A stretch of 37,418 nt of DNA. Source: Crocinitomicaceae bacterium. GTDB taxonomy: Bacteria > Verrucomicrobiota > Verrucomicrobiia > Verrucomicrobiales > Akkermansiaceae. The DNA lies in assembly GCA_047624385.1 (NCBI GenBank), contig JBLHPP010000001.1:1-37418 (forward strand), given 5' to 3'. The position numbers were made by a program, and so were the translations under genes. A model generated the notes under the pieces. That model made no database searches. It was not told where the DNA came from and saw only the letters and a program-made list of their open reading frames with translations. This document shows positions 19,554-29,183 of this stretch, piece by piece (positions within the stretch are counted from its first letter, which is position 1; every line of letters begins with the position of its first letter).

Positions 19554-20450
19554 GTGACCCGTTCCACTTCTGGCATTCTTTCTGGCCTTGCGGCTTTTGT
19601 TCTTTGGGGGAGTTTACCTATTTTTTGGAAACAACTTCAGGAAGTTCCATCGAGTTCGATCACAGCGTACCGTATCATTTTTGCAGCCATTGTGCTGATT
19701 CCTATTCTATTTTTCAGGAAGCGTCTCAGTTCCACATTGAAGACATTTTATGAGCCCGAATTACTCCTTAAGAATGGTGCTACGGGCGCACTTCTTGCGG
19801 TCAATTGGTTGATCTATGTATGGGCGACTAATAATGGCCGTGTGATTGAGATTTCACTAGGGTATTACCTTCTACCTCTCATCTATATTGTCATTGGCTA
19901 CTTCTTTCTTAAGGAAAAGATTTCTCCGCTCCAGTGGCTAGCAATCTTCTTCGCTGCTATAGGAGTCGTGGTGCAGGCTCAGGGGCTAGGGTCTATCCCA
20001 TGGTGTGCTCTTGGAGTTGCCTCTACCTTTGCTGTCTATGCAGTGGTTAAAAAAAGAACCAAGAGTGATGGCATGTCAGCGCTCTTTCTCGAGACGAGCC
20101 TCATTGCGCCATTCGCTTTTGCTTACCTCCTCTGGTTTAGTCCAACACTCGAAGTCTCAAGCGAAGCTCCAGTCTCTAACGCAACCCTCCTTCTCATCGG
20201 TCTCACGGGGGTGGCCACGGTGGGCCCACTTTTACTTTTCTCTGCCGCGGCCAAACGCATCCCACTTAGCACTATCGGTATGCTTCAATATATTGCTCCT
20301 ACTGGGCAATTTCTCATAGGTTGGCTCTACTTTGGCGAGTCACTCAATATTACTCAAGTGATAGCCTTCTGCTTCATTTGGTTCGCCGTCACATTGTATT
20401 CTCTGAGTTCGCTCTTTTTGAGGCAGTCAAAAAATCACAGTCAAGTTTGA
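19554..20450 (+). CDS. rarD: EamA/DMT-family transporter RarD
   Basis: About 10 TM segments; LWGSLPIFWK, NWLIYVWA, SLGYY, AKRIPLSTIGMLQYIAPT. GTG start. Confidence 0.9.
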   Translation: MTRSTSGILSGLAAFVLWGSLPIFWKQLQEVPSSSITAYRIIFAAIVLIPILFFRKRLSSTLKTFYEPELLLKNGATGALLAVNWLIYVWATNNGRVIEISLGYYLLPLIYIVIGYFFLKEKISPLQWLAIFFAAIGVVVQAQGLGSIPWCALGVASTFAVYAVVKKRTKSDGMSALFLETSLIAPFAFAYLLWFSPTLEVSSEAPVSNATLLLIGLTGVATVGPLLLFSAAAKRIPLSTIGMLQYIAPTGQFLIGWLYFGESLNITQVIAFCFIWFAVTLYSLSSLFLRQSKNHSQV

Positions 20451-20492
20451 GTGATCAATGGCACTCAGTTAAGCTTATTTTGGTGAGCTTTA

Positions 20493-20697
20493 ATACCACT
20501 TAGTGAATCAAAAGAGACTAATGCTGGAGTGATTTTTTGATCCATCAAGGCTAGACGAGGGAGTGGTACGAGCGCCATGACTGAGGAGAAACGCCGATTT
20601 ATCAAAAAAGCGCCCAGCACTCAAAGCTTTTAGCGTAGCGCATTTCCCTAAAGCCCTCAAAAAGAACATTTGTCTCTTTGGTTTTACTAAGTGGTAT
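20493..20697 (+). mobile_element. 205-bp MITE-like element, copy 1
   Basis: Imperfect 26-bp TIRs ATACCACTTAGTGAATCAAAAGAGAC / GTCTCTTTGGTTTTACTAAGTGGTAT; inverted copy at 27081-27285 (16 mismatches in 205 by manual alignment, no gaps). Confidence 0.85.
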
Positions 20698-20792
20698 AAG
20701 ACGTATTATTTTACTTCATCGTGCTAGCTACTGAATACTTGCTACTAGCCACTCGAAAAGCCAACCTCACGGAGGCCGCGGCACTCGTCGAT

Positions 20793-21929
20793 TTAAAAAT
20801 TTGCGAGTAATCTCTCGACCATCCAATACCCACCGACAAGTGCGATAGAAATCGAGGCAGTTTTTCCGAGCGTGGGGAAATAGCTCTTTTCTTTCGCCCA
20901 GTAAAGTGTCAGGAGAACGAAGCCGATGACAGTGACTTGGCCAAGTTCGACGCCAAGGTTGGCGGCAATAAGTGGCATGGCGACGCTGCCAGAGGAGCGG
21001 ATGGTTTCACCTAGCACGGAGGCGAATCCGAGCCCGTGAATGAGACCAAAGGTAAAGATGGTGATGAGCCTGTGGGCTTTGAGCTTTTTAGTCCAAATAT
21101 TCTCAAGTGCGACGTAAACGATGGTGGCGGCGATGAGCATTTCGATCCATCCCATGCTGGCGGGAGCGATAGCTGGAATGACATTGCAGATGCTCAGAGC
21201 GAGGGTGATGGTGTGGCCTAGAGTGAAAACCAATGACTGGGTGAGTAGTGGTCGCCATGCAAAGCTGAGAAAACAAAGAGCTGCAATGAAGAGGACGTGA
21301 TCCCAACCCTCAGGAACGACGTGGCGATAGCCGTAGTCGAGGAAGCTTATGAAGGATTGCTGGGTAGTGGGCGGAGTGGCCTCTGCAGTCCAGAGGGTGA
21401 GAGCTTTTCCAGGGTAGGCAGTGACAATCCTGTCGGAGCCTACGCGTTGGTAACCAAAGGCGAAATCTGGGTTATCTCCATCACTGACACGAACCTCTAG
21501 AGCACCACCAGACTCGGGAACTAGCCCTGAACATTGGATGCTGAAATAGGCGAATCCGAGGTCGGTAAATGGGGCGCAAAACTCCGGCGGAGCAGTCTCC
21601 CATTCAGGAAAATCGATAGTATATTGAACCGGAGCTTCGCTGGCCTTCGTTACCCAGTAGAATTGGAAGCATTGGCGTAGGTAGAGTTCGGCTTGCTTAC
21701 GAAGCTCGGTATGTTCTGCTGGAGTCTGATCTATCAACCACTGACGCTTGGGTTGCATCGCCTCTTTGTCAGCACGCATTTCTGGCAGGGCGATACCGGC
21801 GTCGAAGCGGACTTCAGCCATCCAAGATGATTCATCGGCAGAGAAGTCGACGAAGAGCTGCTGCACCACATGGGCAGAGCTGGCCAAGGTTAGGACAGAA
21901 TAAAGAAGGAGTGATAGGATGAAACGCAT
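20793..21929 (-). CDS. HupE/UreJ-family (HupE_UreJ_2-like) membrane protein with N-terminal extracytoplasmic domain
   Basis: Signal peptide ending SSA-H; C-terminal G.RHVVPEGWDHVLF, FTLGHTITL, FGLIHGLGFA, NLGVELGQ motifs. Confidence 0.88.
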   Translation of the reverse strand: MRFILSLLLYSVLTLASSAHVVQQLFVDFSADESSWMAEVRFDAGIALPEMRADKEAMQPKRQWLIDQTPAEHTELRKQAELYLRQCFQFYWVTKASEAPVQYTIDFPEWETAPPEFCAPFTDLGFAYFSIQCSGLVPESGGALEVRVSDGDNPDFAFGYQRVGSDRIVTAYPGKALTLWTAEATPPTTQQSFISFLDYGYRHVVPEGWDHVLFIAALCFLSFAWRPLLTQSLVFTLGHTITLALSICNVIPAIAPASMGWIEMLIAATIVYVALENIWTKKLKAHRLITIFTFGLIHGLGFASVLGETIRSSGSVAMPLIAANLGVELGQVTVIGFVLLTLYWAKEKSYFPTLGKTASISIALVGGYWMVERLLANF

Positions 21930-22065
21930 CAGTGATGTGGGACTTATAATCAACGGGTTTCGGGGTGAAAAGTGACCCTCATATTACACCATGTACCCGT
22001 GGTGTAATAGCCTCAATGATAAAACCCACGGGTATTTTCTCCCAAAGTGATGCTCTCAATCCCGG

Positions 22066-23055
22066 TTACTTCGCTTTGCTTAACTCAAACTTACGGGACG
22101 TTGCTGTTCCCTTGCTGGGGAAATCTTTGGGAATCTCTTGGGTTACTTTACCGCTGGCAGCCCACTCGGTTCCACGCAAGAAGGTCACGATGAATCCTAT
22201 ACCCTCAAATGCCTCAGTATCGTGGCCGAGGGTTGTGTGGAAAACGCGACCCTTGTGGTAATCTAGCACCATAAGCATCGGCTCATTACGCCCAGCCTCT
22301 TGCAATTTCTTGGTGTCAGCCGCCGTCGCTAGGATTGTCATATTTTCTCCCGGTCCGCGCAGCCGCGAGTAGCACTCGTCTTTCGTGTGGGTCCAGAAGT
22401 CAGGCAGGCCTTTGGTGATCGGATGCTCAGTGTTCCTCATCGTGATAAGGAACTCGCTTTGAGGTCCGTGGGTGCCGCAGCGACCTGGTCCGTCGTCGCG
22501 GACAACTTTGCCCTCAGCATTGTAATACACGTAGGGCCCAGCTTTCTCATTTCGCCCTCCCCAACCGCCTAGACCTATCATTTTGTTGTATTCCGGCCAG
22601 TCACCCCAGCTGTTATCAGCCGCGTGAACTGTGACCAGTCCGCCGCCACCAGCCATATATTCTTCGAATGACTTCTTGGTCTTGTCGGGCCAATTTGCCG
22701 CGTTGTAACCGAAATTACTCACCACCACATCATATTTGCTGAAGTCAGGAGCAAAGTTTGGGTCAGGCTCGGACTTCTTTGATTTTTTCGACTCACCGAC
22801 ACCAGCTAGAGGAAGAAAAGCCTCTTCTCGCTGCCATTTCCAGATCGATGATGTCCGTGCGATGTCGACCTCGAAAAGTCCGGTTTTTTCCAGATACTGA
22901 CGCATCATGATGGATGACTTTGGCCAGACAGCGTGGTTGTTCTGGCCGTCCATAATCAGTGCCTTCAGTTTCTCGGCTGCCGTAAGTTCGGACGTCGAGA
23001 TTATAGCAAAACATAGGGCGAAAATCGAATAGCGAAAAGAGTATGTGGCTTTCAT
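22066..23055 (-). CDS. Secreted ThuA-like (class I GATase-like fold) protein
   Basis: Signal peptide; ALIMDGQNNH.W, GGGLVTVHAADN, HPITKGLP, DECY, GRVFHTTLGH, RGTEWAASGKVT. Confidence 0.85.
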   Translation of the reverse strand: MKATYSFRYSIFALCFAIISTSELTAAEKLKALIMDGQNNHAVWPKSSIMMRQYLEKTGLFEVDIARTSSIWKWQREEAFLPLAGVGESKKSKKSEPDPNFAPDFSKYDVVVSNFGYNAANWPDKTKKSFEEYMAGGGGLVTVHAADNSWGDWPEYNKMIGLGGWGGRNEKAGPYVYYNAEGKVVRDDGPGRCGTHGPQSEFLITMRNTEHPITKGLPDFWTHTKDECYSRLRGPGENMTILATAADTKKLQEAGRNEPMLMVLDYHKGRVFHTTLGHDTEAFEGIGFIVTFLRGTEWAASGKVTQEIPKDFPSKGTATSRKFELSKAK

Positions 23056-23348
23056 TTGAGTGATGATATTAGCCACTCTGGAGGCGGGCAAGGAGATTGT
23101 TAGTAACTTACGCATATTGAGAGTAATCTTCGTGAGGATATTCCAATTTTTCTAGGTAGCCTAGGATTCTTGGTGGTCATTGTGCACTAGCCTGTAGGCC
23201 GGTACGTGGCGGATATTTTTATCGAGAACGTTGCGATTGATCACTTTATGCAAGGAGTAGCCATTTTTTGTCCAATTTACTGGCTGATGGTTAAAAGATT
23301 GCAGGGGATGTTTGCTAATCCCTCTAAGCGGGTCTATGCTGAGCACAA

Positions 23349-23371
23349 TAACGTAAGTCGAACTTATGTTA
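23349..23371. promoter_or_regulatory. Candidate operator or 5' UTR hairpin upstream of putA
   Basis: TAACGTAAGT-CGA-ACTTATGTTA, 9/10 inverted repeat, 10 nt before the ATG. Confidence 0.4.
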
Positions 23372-23381
23372 GAATACTATT

Positions 23382-26300
23382 ATGGCAAAAACTAGGAATG
23401 AAGAAATTTTAGACGGCGATTCTCTACAAGGTTTGAGTGATGAGTCGCTCTCACAGAAGGCGATTGAGCTGGCAGAGCTGATCTTGCGGATGGCCGCTGA
23501 GCAGCAGACTTTGGCTGAACGCTACCATGCGTGGAAAATGTCGAGGATGATGGAAGACCATGCAGGCAAGGCCCTCACGCTAGCCTTGGCTGATCAGGTA
23601 TTCCGGCCAGTGAACCATACGCGATCAGCCGACCAGTTTCGATACCTTCTCGATCAATACGGAACTCCTACTTACCTGCCATTGCACGAGCGGTTTGCGA
23701 TGCGTGTCGGTGCAATAGCATCGAGCCTAGCCCCAGATATTGTGATGCCTGCGGTGACCCAAAAGATGCGCGCTGAGAGTAACCAAGTAATTCTACCAAG
23801 TGAGTACTCCAAGCTAAAATCACATCTAGCAAAACGTAAGAAGCAGGGGACGCGGATGAATATCAATCAGCTGGGTGAAGCCATTCTTGGCGAACAAGAA
23901 GCTGAAAATCGTATGCAGCAGGTGTTAGGCCGACTTGCCAGCCCAGACTGTGAGTATGTTTCAGTAAAGATTTCAGCTGTTTTTTCACAGATTAATCTCG
24001 TGGCTTATGATCATACATTGGAGTTGATTAAAGACCGCATCCGTCGCCTTTACCGCTGTGCAAAGGAACATACCTATACGAATACAACAGGGCTGACCTC
24101 TCCTAAATTTGTAAACCTCGACATGGAGGAGTACCGTGACCTTCGTCTCACTTGTGATGCTTTTATGCAGGTTCTTGAAGAGAAAGAGTTCAAGCAAATA
24201 CGGGCAGGAATAGTGCTGCAGGCGTATTTACCAGACTCGTATAAGGTGCAGATCGAACTCACCGAGTGGGCTAAGAAACGCACGGCCGCGGGCGGTGCAT
24301 CTATCAAGATTCGAATTGTGAAAGGTGCTAACCTTGCGATGGAATCTGTGGAGGCAAGCATCCACGATTGGCCGCAAGCAACATACCCAACGAAGCTCGA
24401 TGTCGATGCGAACTACAAGCGAATGGTCCACTACGGGTGTCGCTATGAGAATGCTAAGAGCGTCCAGTTGGGTGTTGCATCGCACAATTTATTTGAGATT
24501 TCTTATTCTTTGCTCGTGCGTGCACGTGAAGGAGTTGAGGAATTTGTCGAACTAGAGATGCTAGAGGGCATGGCAAACCACCAGGCGCGTGCAGTGCAGG
24601 AGATTGCAGGCGGATTGTTGCGCTATGCTCCAGTGGTTAAAAAAGAAGATTTCCACTCAGCTATATCGTACCTTGTCCGCCGTCTCGATGAGAACACGCA
24701 TGAAGAGAACTTCCTCCACGACATTTTCGGGATGAAGATGCATTGTCCTAAATGGACAAAACAAAAGAAGATGTTCTTAGATGCCTGTGCAATCAAAGAC
24801 ACGGTGAAGGATATTCCTAACAGGGTGCAAGATCGCGCGACTGAGACTTTCGCTGTAGATTATTCTAAGCCGTACCATAGCTCACCAGACACAGACTGGA
24901 GTCTTCGTGGTAATGCCAACTGGGCTAAGGAAAAGATCGATGCTATAAAGTCGGTGAAGCAAGATATCGTTCCTTTGCAAATAGGTGGAGAGACGATAAT
25001 TACCGAGAGCTTAGGAAAGGGGATCGATCCTTCCCGTAATACCGAAATTTACCAGTACTCGCTGGCCGATATGGACTTGGTGCAGAAAGCGCTAGATGTG
25101 GCGCAAAATGCTCAGCCGGCATGGGAAGCGCGCAGTATTGAGGAGCGTGGTAAAATTCTTAAAGATGTCGCTATCGAGATCGAGAAGTGCCGTGGTGCAT
25201 CCATCGCAATAATGGCATTGGAGGCTGGTAAATCGGCGCCCGAGTCAGATGCAGAAGTGAGTGAGGCAGTTGATTTTTCTAACTACTATGCTGATAGTTT
25301 GAGCTGGGAAGGCATGATAGATGGTTCAGAGTTCAAGGCTCTGGGTGTCGTAGTGATCACTCCTCCATGGAACTTCCCATTCGCTATCCCGTGTGGTGGT
25401 ATTCTGGCGGGATTGATGGCTGGCAACACAGTGATCATCAAGCCATCACTTGAGTCAGTGCTGACAGCATGGGTGATGGTGAACCAACTGTGGGATGCAG
25501 GAGTGCCGCGTGACGTGCTCCAGTTTGTCTCATGTCCTGACAATGAGATTGGCCGCAGCCTAGTGGCTAGCAATCGCGTGGCTGCAGTGGTGCTCACCGG
25601 CGCGTATGAGACTGGAATAATGTTCCAGAACTGGAAGCCAGACATGCGCCTCTACGCCGAGACATCTGGCAAGAACTCCCTCATTATCACCAATGCTGCT
25701 GACCCAGAACAAGCGGTTAAGGATCTAGTGAAAGGTTCCTTTGGCCACGCTGGCCAGAAGTGCTCAGCCTCATCACTTGCGATCGTTGAAGCAGATGTCT
25801 ACCACTGCCCTGCATTTCTCCGCCAGCTGAAAGATGCCGTAGAGAGTCTAACTGTGGGCCAGTCTTGGGATCCGTCATCCATTATGACTCCGCTAATGGT
25901 TGAGCCTGAGCCTAGTCTTCATCGCGCGCTCACCACGCTTGATGAAGGTGAGGAATGGTTACTAGAGCCTAAGATGTTAGAAAACAATCCACATCTCTGG
26001 TCTCCAGGCGTAAAACTGGGTATAAAGCCAGGGGGGTGGTTCCATAAAACTGAGTGTTTCGGCCCAGTTTTAGGTTTGATCTGCGCGCATGATTTGAATG
26101 ATGCAATGACAATCCAGAACGACTCTGACTTTGGACTCACTGGGGGTATTCACACATTGGATGACCGCGAGATCAAAGTGTGGCGGGCTCAGGTAGAAGT
26201 AGGTAATGCCTACATCAACCGCCCAATAACTGGTGCCATTGTGCAGCGTCAGCCGTTCGGTGGCTGGAAGAATTCTTGCTTTGGTCCTGGCGCAAAAGCG

Positions 26301-26930
26301 GGTGGACCAAACTACGTTTCGATCTTTGCATCCTGGGAGCAAGTTGAGCTACCTACAGCTAGAGCCGAGTTGAGTCACAATGTGACGACATTACTCAACG
26401 AGCTGAAATCTAAGATTGATGCTGCGACTATACTTGAGAGCGCTGCTGCTAGTTTCGCTTATTGGTATCAGAAAGAATTTTCAATCGAGCATGATCCATC
26501 GCAGCTTCATGGTGAGACCAACCATTTCCGCTACGTCCCGCTTAAGCGCCTGTTAGTGCGTGCTGATGGATTCGATGATACCCAGCTTGCCGTGCTACTT
26601 TTGGCCGCAGCAACTGCCGGAGTGATCACGGATGTGTCAGTTTCCTCTGATCGTTGTATTACCGGAGCGAGCTGTGTGGTTGAGTCTGACTCCACCTTTG
26701 CTGCCCGGCTAGTTGAAATCTCATCAAGGTATTCTAGCCTCCGCGCACCAGGAGCGAGCGAGGTCATTCGCCGTGCCGCGAATGCAGCATCTCTTCAATT
26801 AACGGATTGGAAAGTTCTGCTCAATGGCCGTATAGAGCTCACTCATTACTTCCGTGAGCAATCTATCTCAGAGTGCACTCACCGGTACGGAAACATCATT
26901 CCTAAGCCGGGGAAAGTAGCGAGTATTTGA
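23382..26930 (+). CDS. putA: Bifunctional proline dehydrogenase / glutamate gamma-semialdehyde (P5C) dehydrogenase
   Basis: PRODH motifs NLDMEEY, RIVKGAN, ASHN, YLVRRLDEN; ALDH motifs PWNFP, AETSGKN, AGQKCSA, ECFGP, QPFGG. No N-terminal ribbon-helix-helix evident. Confidence 0.96.
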   Translation: MAKTRNEEILDGDSLQGLSDESLSQKAIELAELILRMAAEQQTLAERYHAWKMSRMMEDHAGKALTLALADQVFRPVNHTRSADQFRYLLDQYGTPTYLPLHERFAMRVGAIASSLAPDIVMPAVTQKMRAESNQVILPSEYSKLKSHLAKRKKQGTRMNINQLGEAILGEQEAENRMQQVLGRLASPDCEYVSVKISAVFSQINLVAYDHTLELIKDRIRRLYRCAKEHTYTNTTGLTSPKFVNLDMEEYRDLRLTCDAFMQVLEEKEFKQIRAGIVLQAYLPDSYKVQIELTEWAKKRTAAGGASIKIRIVKGANLAMESVEASIHDWPQATYPTKLDVDANYKRMVHYGCRYENAKSVQLGVASHNLFEISYSLLVRAREGVEEFVELEMLEGMANHQARAVQEIAGGLLRYAPVVKKEDFHSAISYLVRRLDENTHEENFLHDIFGMKMHCPKWTKQKKMFLDACAIKDTVKDIPNRVQDRATETFAVDYSKPYHSSPDTDWSLRGNANWAKEKIDAIKSVKQDIVPLQIGGETIITESLGKGIDPSRNTEIYQYSLADMDLVQKALDVAQNAQPAWEARSIEERGKILKDVAIEIEKCRGASIAIMALEAGKSAPESDAEVSEAVDFSNYYADSLSWEGMIDGSEFKALGVVVITPPWNFPFAIPCGGILAGLMAGNTVIIKPSLESVLTAWVMVNQLWDAGVPRDVLQFVSCPDNEIGRSLVASNRVAAVVLTGAYETGIMFQNWKPDMRLYAETSGKNSLIITNAADPEQAVKDLVKGSFGHAGQKCSASSLAIVEADVYHCPAFLRQLKDAVESLTVGQSWDPSSIMTPLMVEPEPSLHRALTTLDEGEEWLLEPKMLENNPHLWSPGVKLGIKPGGWFHKTECFGPVLGLICAHDLNDAMTIQNDSDFGLTGGIHTLDDREIKVWRAQVEVGNAYINRPITGAIVQRQPFGGWKNSCFGPGAKAGGPNYVSIFASWEQVELPTARAELSHNVTTLLNELKSKIDAATILESAAASFAYWYQKEFSIEHDPSQLHGETNHFRYVPLKRLLVRADGFDDTQLAVLLLAAATAGVITDVSVSSDRCITGASCVVESDSTFAARLVEISSRYSSLRAPGASEVIRRAANAASLQLTDWKVLLNGRIELTHYFREQSISECTHRYGNIIPKPGKVASI

Positions 26931-27080
26931 TGCCGCAGATCTACCACGAAAATGACGAAAGAGACTAAAAAATCGGCACGAATCCATGCATATCGTGGGT
27001 ATGGTAACAAACAATAAAAAGCGGCTATACCTCCAATGGCACATAGTTAAGATGTCTTTGTCGCCAATCAGTGTGGCTTA

Positions 27081-27285
27081 ATACCACTTAGCAAAACCAA
27101 AGAGACAAATGTTCTTTTTGAGGGTTTCAGGAAAATGCGCTACGCGGAATGCTTACAGTGCTGGGCGCTTTCTTGATAAATCCGCGTTTCTCCTCAGTTA
27201 TGGTGCTCGCACCACTCCCTCGTCTAGCCTTGATGGATCAAAAAATCACTCCAGCATTAGTCTCTTTTGATTCACTAAGTGGCTT
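27081..27285 (-). mobile_element. 205-bp MITE-like element, copy 2 (inverted)
   Basis: Reverse complement of 20493-20697 at about 92% identity. Confidence 0.85.
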
Positions 27286-27532
27286 AACTACGTGTTATCT
27301 TAGAACCAAGATTCTAATACCGCTTCCCCAGACCTCGCGGTGTTCGGGTACGGGGCTATTATAAGGTGTCACTACGTGAAACCTTGACTCACCGCAGAGC
27401 ATTATCGGGCTACCATTCACAGAGCGGCATGTGTTAGTTCGCTACATCTAAGCTCTCGCATCTGATCCTAGGGAATAGTACACTAATTATCAGCCTCTTA
27501 CAAAGTATGCAGTTTTTAACCCCACTAAAATT

Positions 27533-29173
27533 ATGAAAGGATCCGACCTATTTGTCCAAGCGCTCGAACTTGAGGGTGTCACGCGGGTGTTTGGTATCCC
27601 TGGTGAAGAGAATCTCGATTTACTCGAATCCTTGAGAAGTTCCTCGATCGAACTGATCCTGACACGCCACGAGCAAGCTGCTGGATTTATGGCGGCGACG
27701 GTTGGTCGGCTCACAGGGATTCCCGGTGTTTGTCTATCAACTTTAGGGCCAGGAGCGACGAACTTAGTGACTGCTGCAGCCTATGCGCAACTGGGGGGGA
27801 TGCCGATGTTTATGATCACGGGCCAGAAGCCGATTAGGAGAAGCAAGCAGGGCTTATTTCAGGTGATTGATTTTGTTGATATGATGACACCTGTGACAAA
27901 GTTTACCGCGCAGGTGGTGAGCGCCGATACTATACCAGCAAGGGTACGCGAAGCCTTTCGTCTAGCAGAAGAGGAACGACCTGGAGCAACCCATTTAGAA
28001 CTTCCTGAAGATATTGCAGCAGAGAGCTCGGAGCTTAAACCGCTGCAGGCAAGTATGATTCGGCGACCGCAAGCTGACGAGAAATCGCTTAAGTACACTA
28101 TACAGTTACTCGAGAATGCAAAGCATCCGATCTTGATCATAGGAGCGGGTGCGAACCGTAAACTGACAGCCAAGATACTGCGTGAATTTGTAGACAAGCA
28201 AGGGATTCCTTTTATTACCACTCAGATGGGTAAGGGAGTGATAGATGAACGTCATCCACTATTCCTCGGGAATGCGGCAATGTCGGATGGAGATTTCCTC
28301 CACCGCGCGATCAGGCATGCGGATCTGGTACTCAATGTCGGCCACGATGTGGTAGAAAAACCTCCATTCTTTATGGAGGAGGAGTCGATGGAGGTGATTC
28401 ATATTAATTTCAATTCGGCACGGGTCGATGCCGTCTATCATCCACAGACGGAAGTAGTGGGGGATATTGCTAATAGCATCTGGCAGTTAAATGCAGAGCA
28501 GACTCCCCAGGATTGTTGGGATTTCAGTTATTTTGATCGCATTCGCGAGGCTATGGCCGCGCACATGTTAGAAGGCGCCGATGATGGTGCATTCCCACTC
28601 ACACCACAGAGAGTCGTGGCAGACGTGCGCAATGCGGTTTCTGATTGTGGAATTATTGCGCTAGATAATGGGATGTATAAAATTTGGTTTGCGCGAAATT
28701 ACCGAGCATTTTGTCCTAACACAGTCCTGCTAGATAACGCTCTAGCAACAATGGGCGCGGGCTTACCATCTGCTATTGCCGCAAAGCTGGTACACCCCGA
28801 CCGGGATGTGACTGCCATTTGTGGTGATGGTGGATTTATGATGAACTCCCAAGAGTTGGAGACTGCAATGCGGCTTGGAATAGATCTTGTAGTGCTCGTG
28901 CTCAATGATAATGGCTTTGGGATGATCAAGTGGAAGCAATCGAGTATGGGGTTTGACGACTGGGGGCTAGAATTTGGGAACCCAGACTTTGTGAAATATA
29001 CTGAGAGCTATGGAGCTATGGGGCATCGTATAACCGAATCAGATTCACTAGAGCCATTACTGAAAAAATGCCATGCCGATGGTGGCCTGCATTTGATAGA
29101 AGTACCTATCGACTATTCTGATAGTGATCGCATACTTAATTACGAGATCAAATCGCTGAGTGCTAAACTCTAA
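27533..29173 (+). CDS. ThDP-dependent enzyme, acetolactate-synthase-large-subunit-like (possible 2-oxoacid decarboxylase)
   Basis: FGIPGEEN, RHEQAAGFMA, TLGPGATN, LLDNALATMG, ThDP motif GDGGFMM...LNDN. No small regulatory subunit gene adjacent. Confidence 0.88.
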   Translation: MKGSDLFVQALELEGVTRVFGIPGEENLDLLESLRSSSIELILTRHEQAAGFMAATVGRLTGIPGVCLSTLGPGATNLVTAAAYAQLGGMPMFMITGQKPIRRSKQGLFQVIDFVDMMTPVTKFTAQVVSADTIPARVREAFRLAEEERPGATHLELPEDIAAESSELKPLQASMIRRPQADEKSLKYTIQLLENAKHPILIIGAGANRKLTAKILREFVDKQGIPFITTQMGKGVIDERHPLFLGNAAMSDGDFLHRAIRHADLVLNVGHDVVEKPPFFMEEESMEVIHINFNSARVDAVYHPQTEVVGDIANSIWQLNAEQTPQDCWDFSYFDRIREAMAAHMLEGADDGAFPLTPQRVVADVRNAVSDCGIIALDNGMYKIWFARNYRAFCPNTVLLDNALATMGAGLPSAIAAKLVHPDRDVTAICGDGGFMMNSQELETAMRLGIDLVVLVLNDNGFGMIKWKQSSMGFDDWGLEFGNPDFVKYTESYGAMGHRITESDSLEPLLKKCHADGGLHLIEVPIDYSDSDRILNYEIKSLSAKL

Positions 29174-29183
29174 TTCCGAAACA

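Noticed and set aside
23152-23165. AGGTAGCCT match to the window-start repeat end
   Set aside because: Only 9 bp and part of a local palindrome; likely chance.
27149-27364. 71-aa ORF
   Set aside because: Lies mostly within MITE copy 2; no recognisable protein features.
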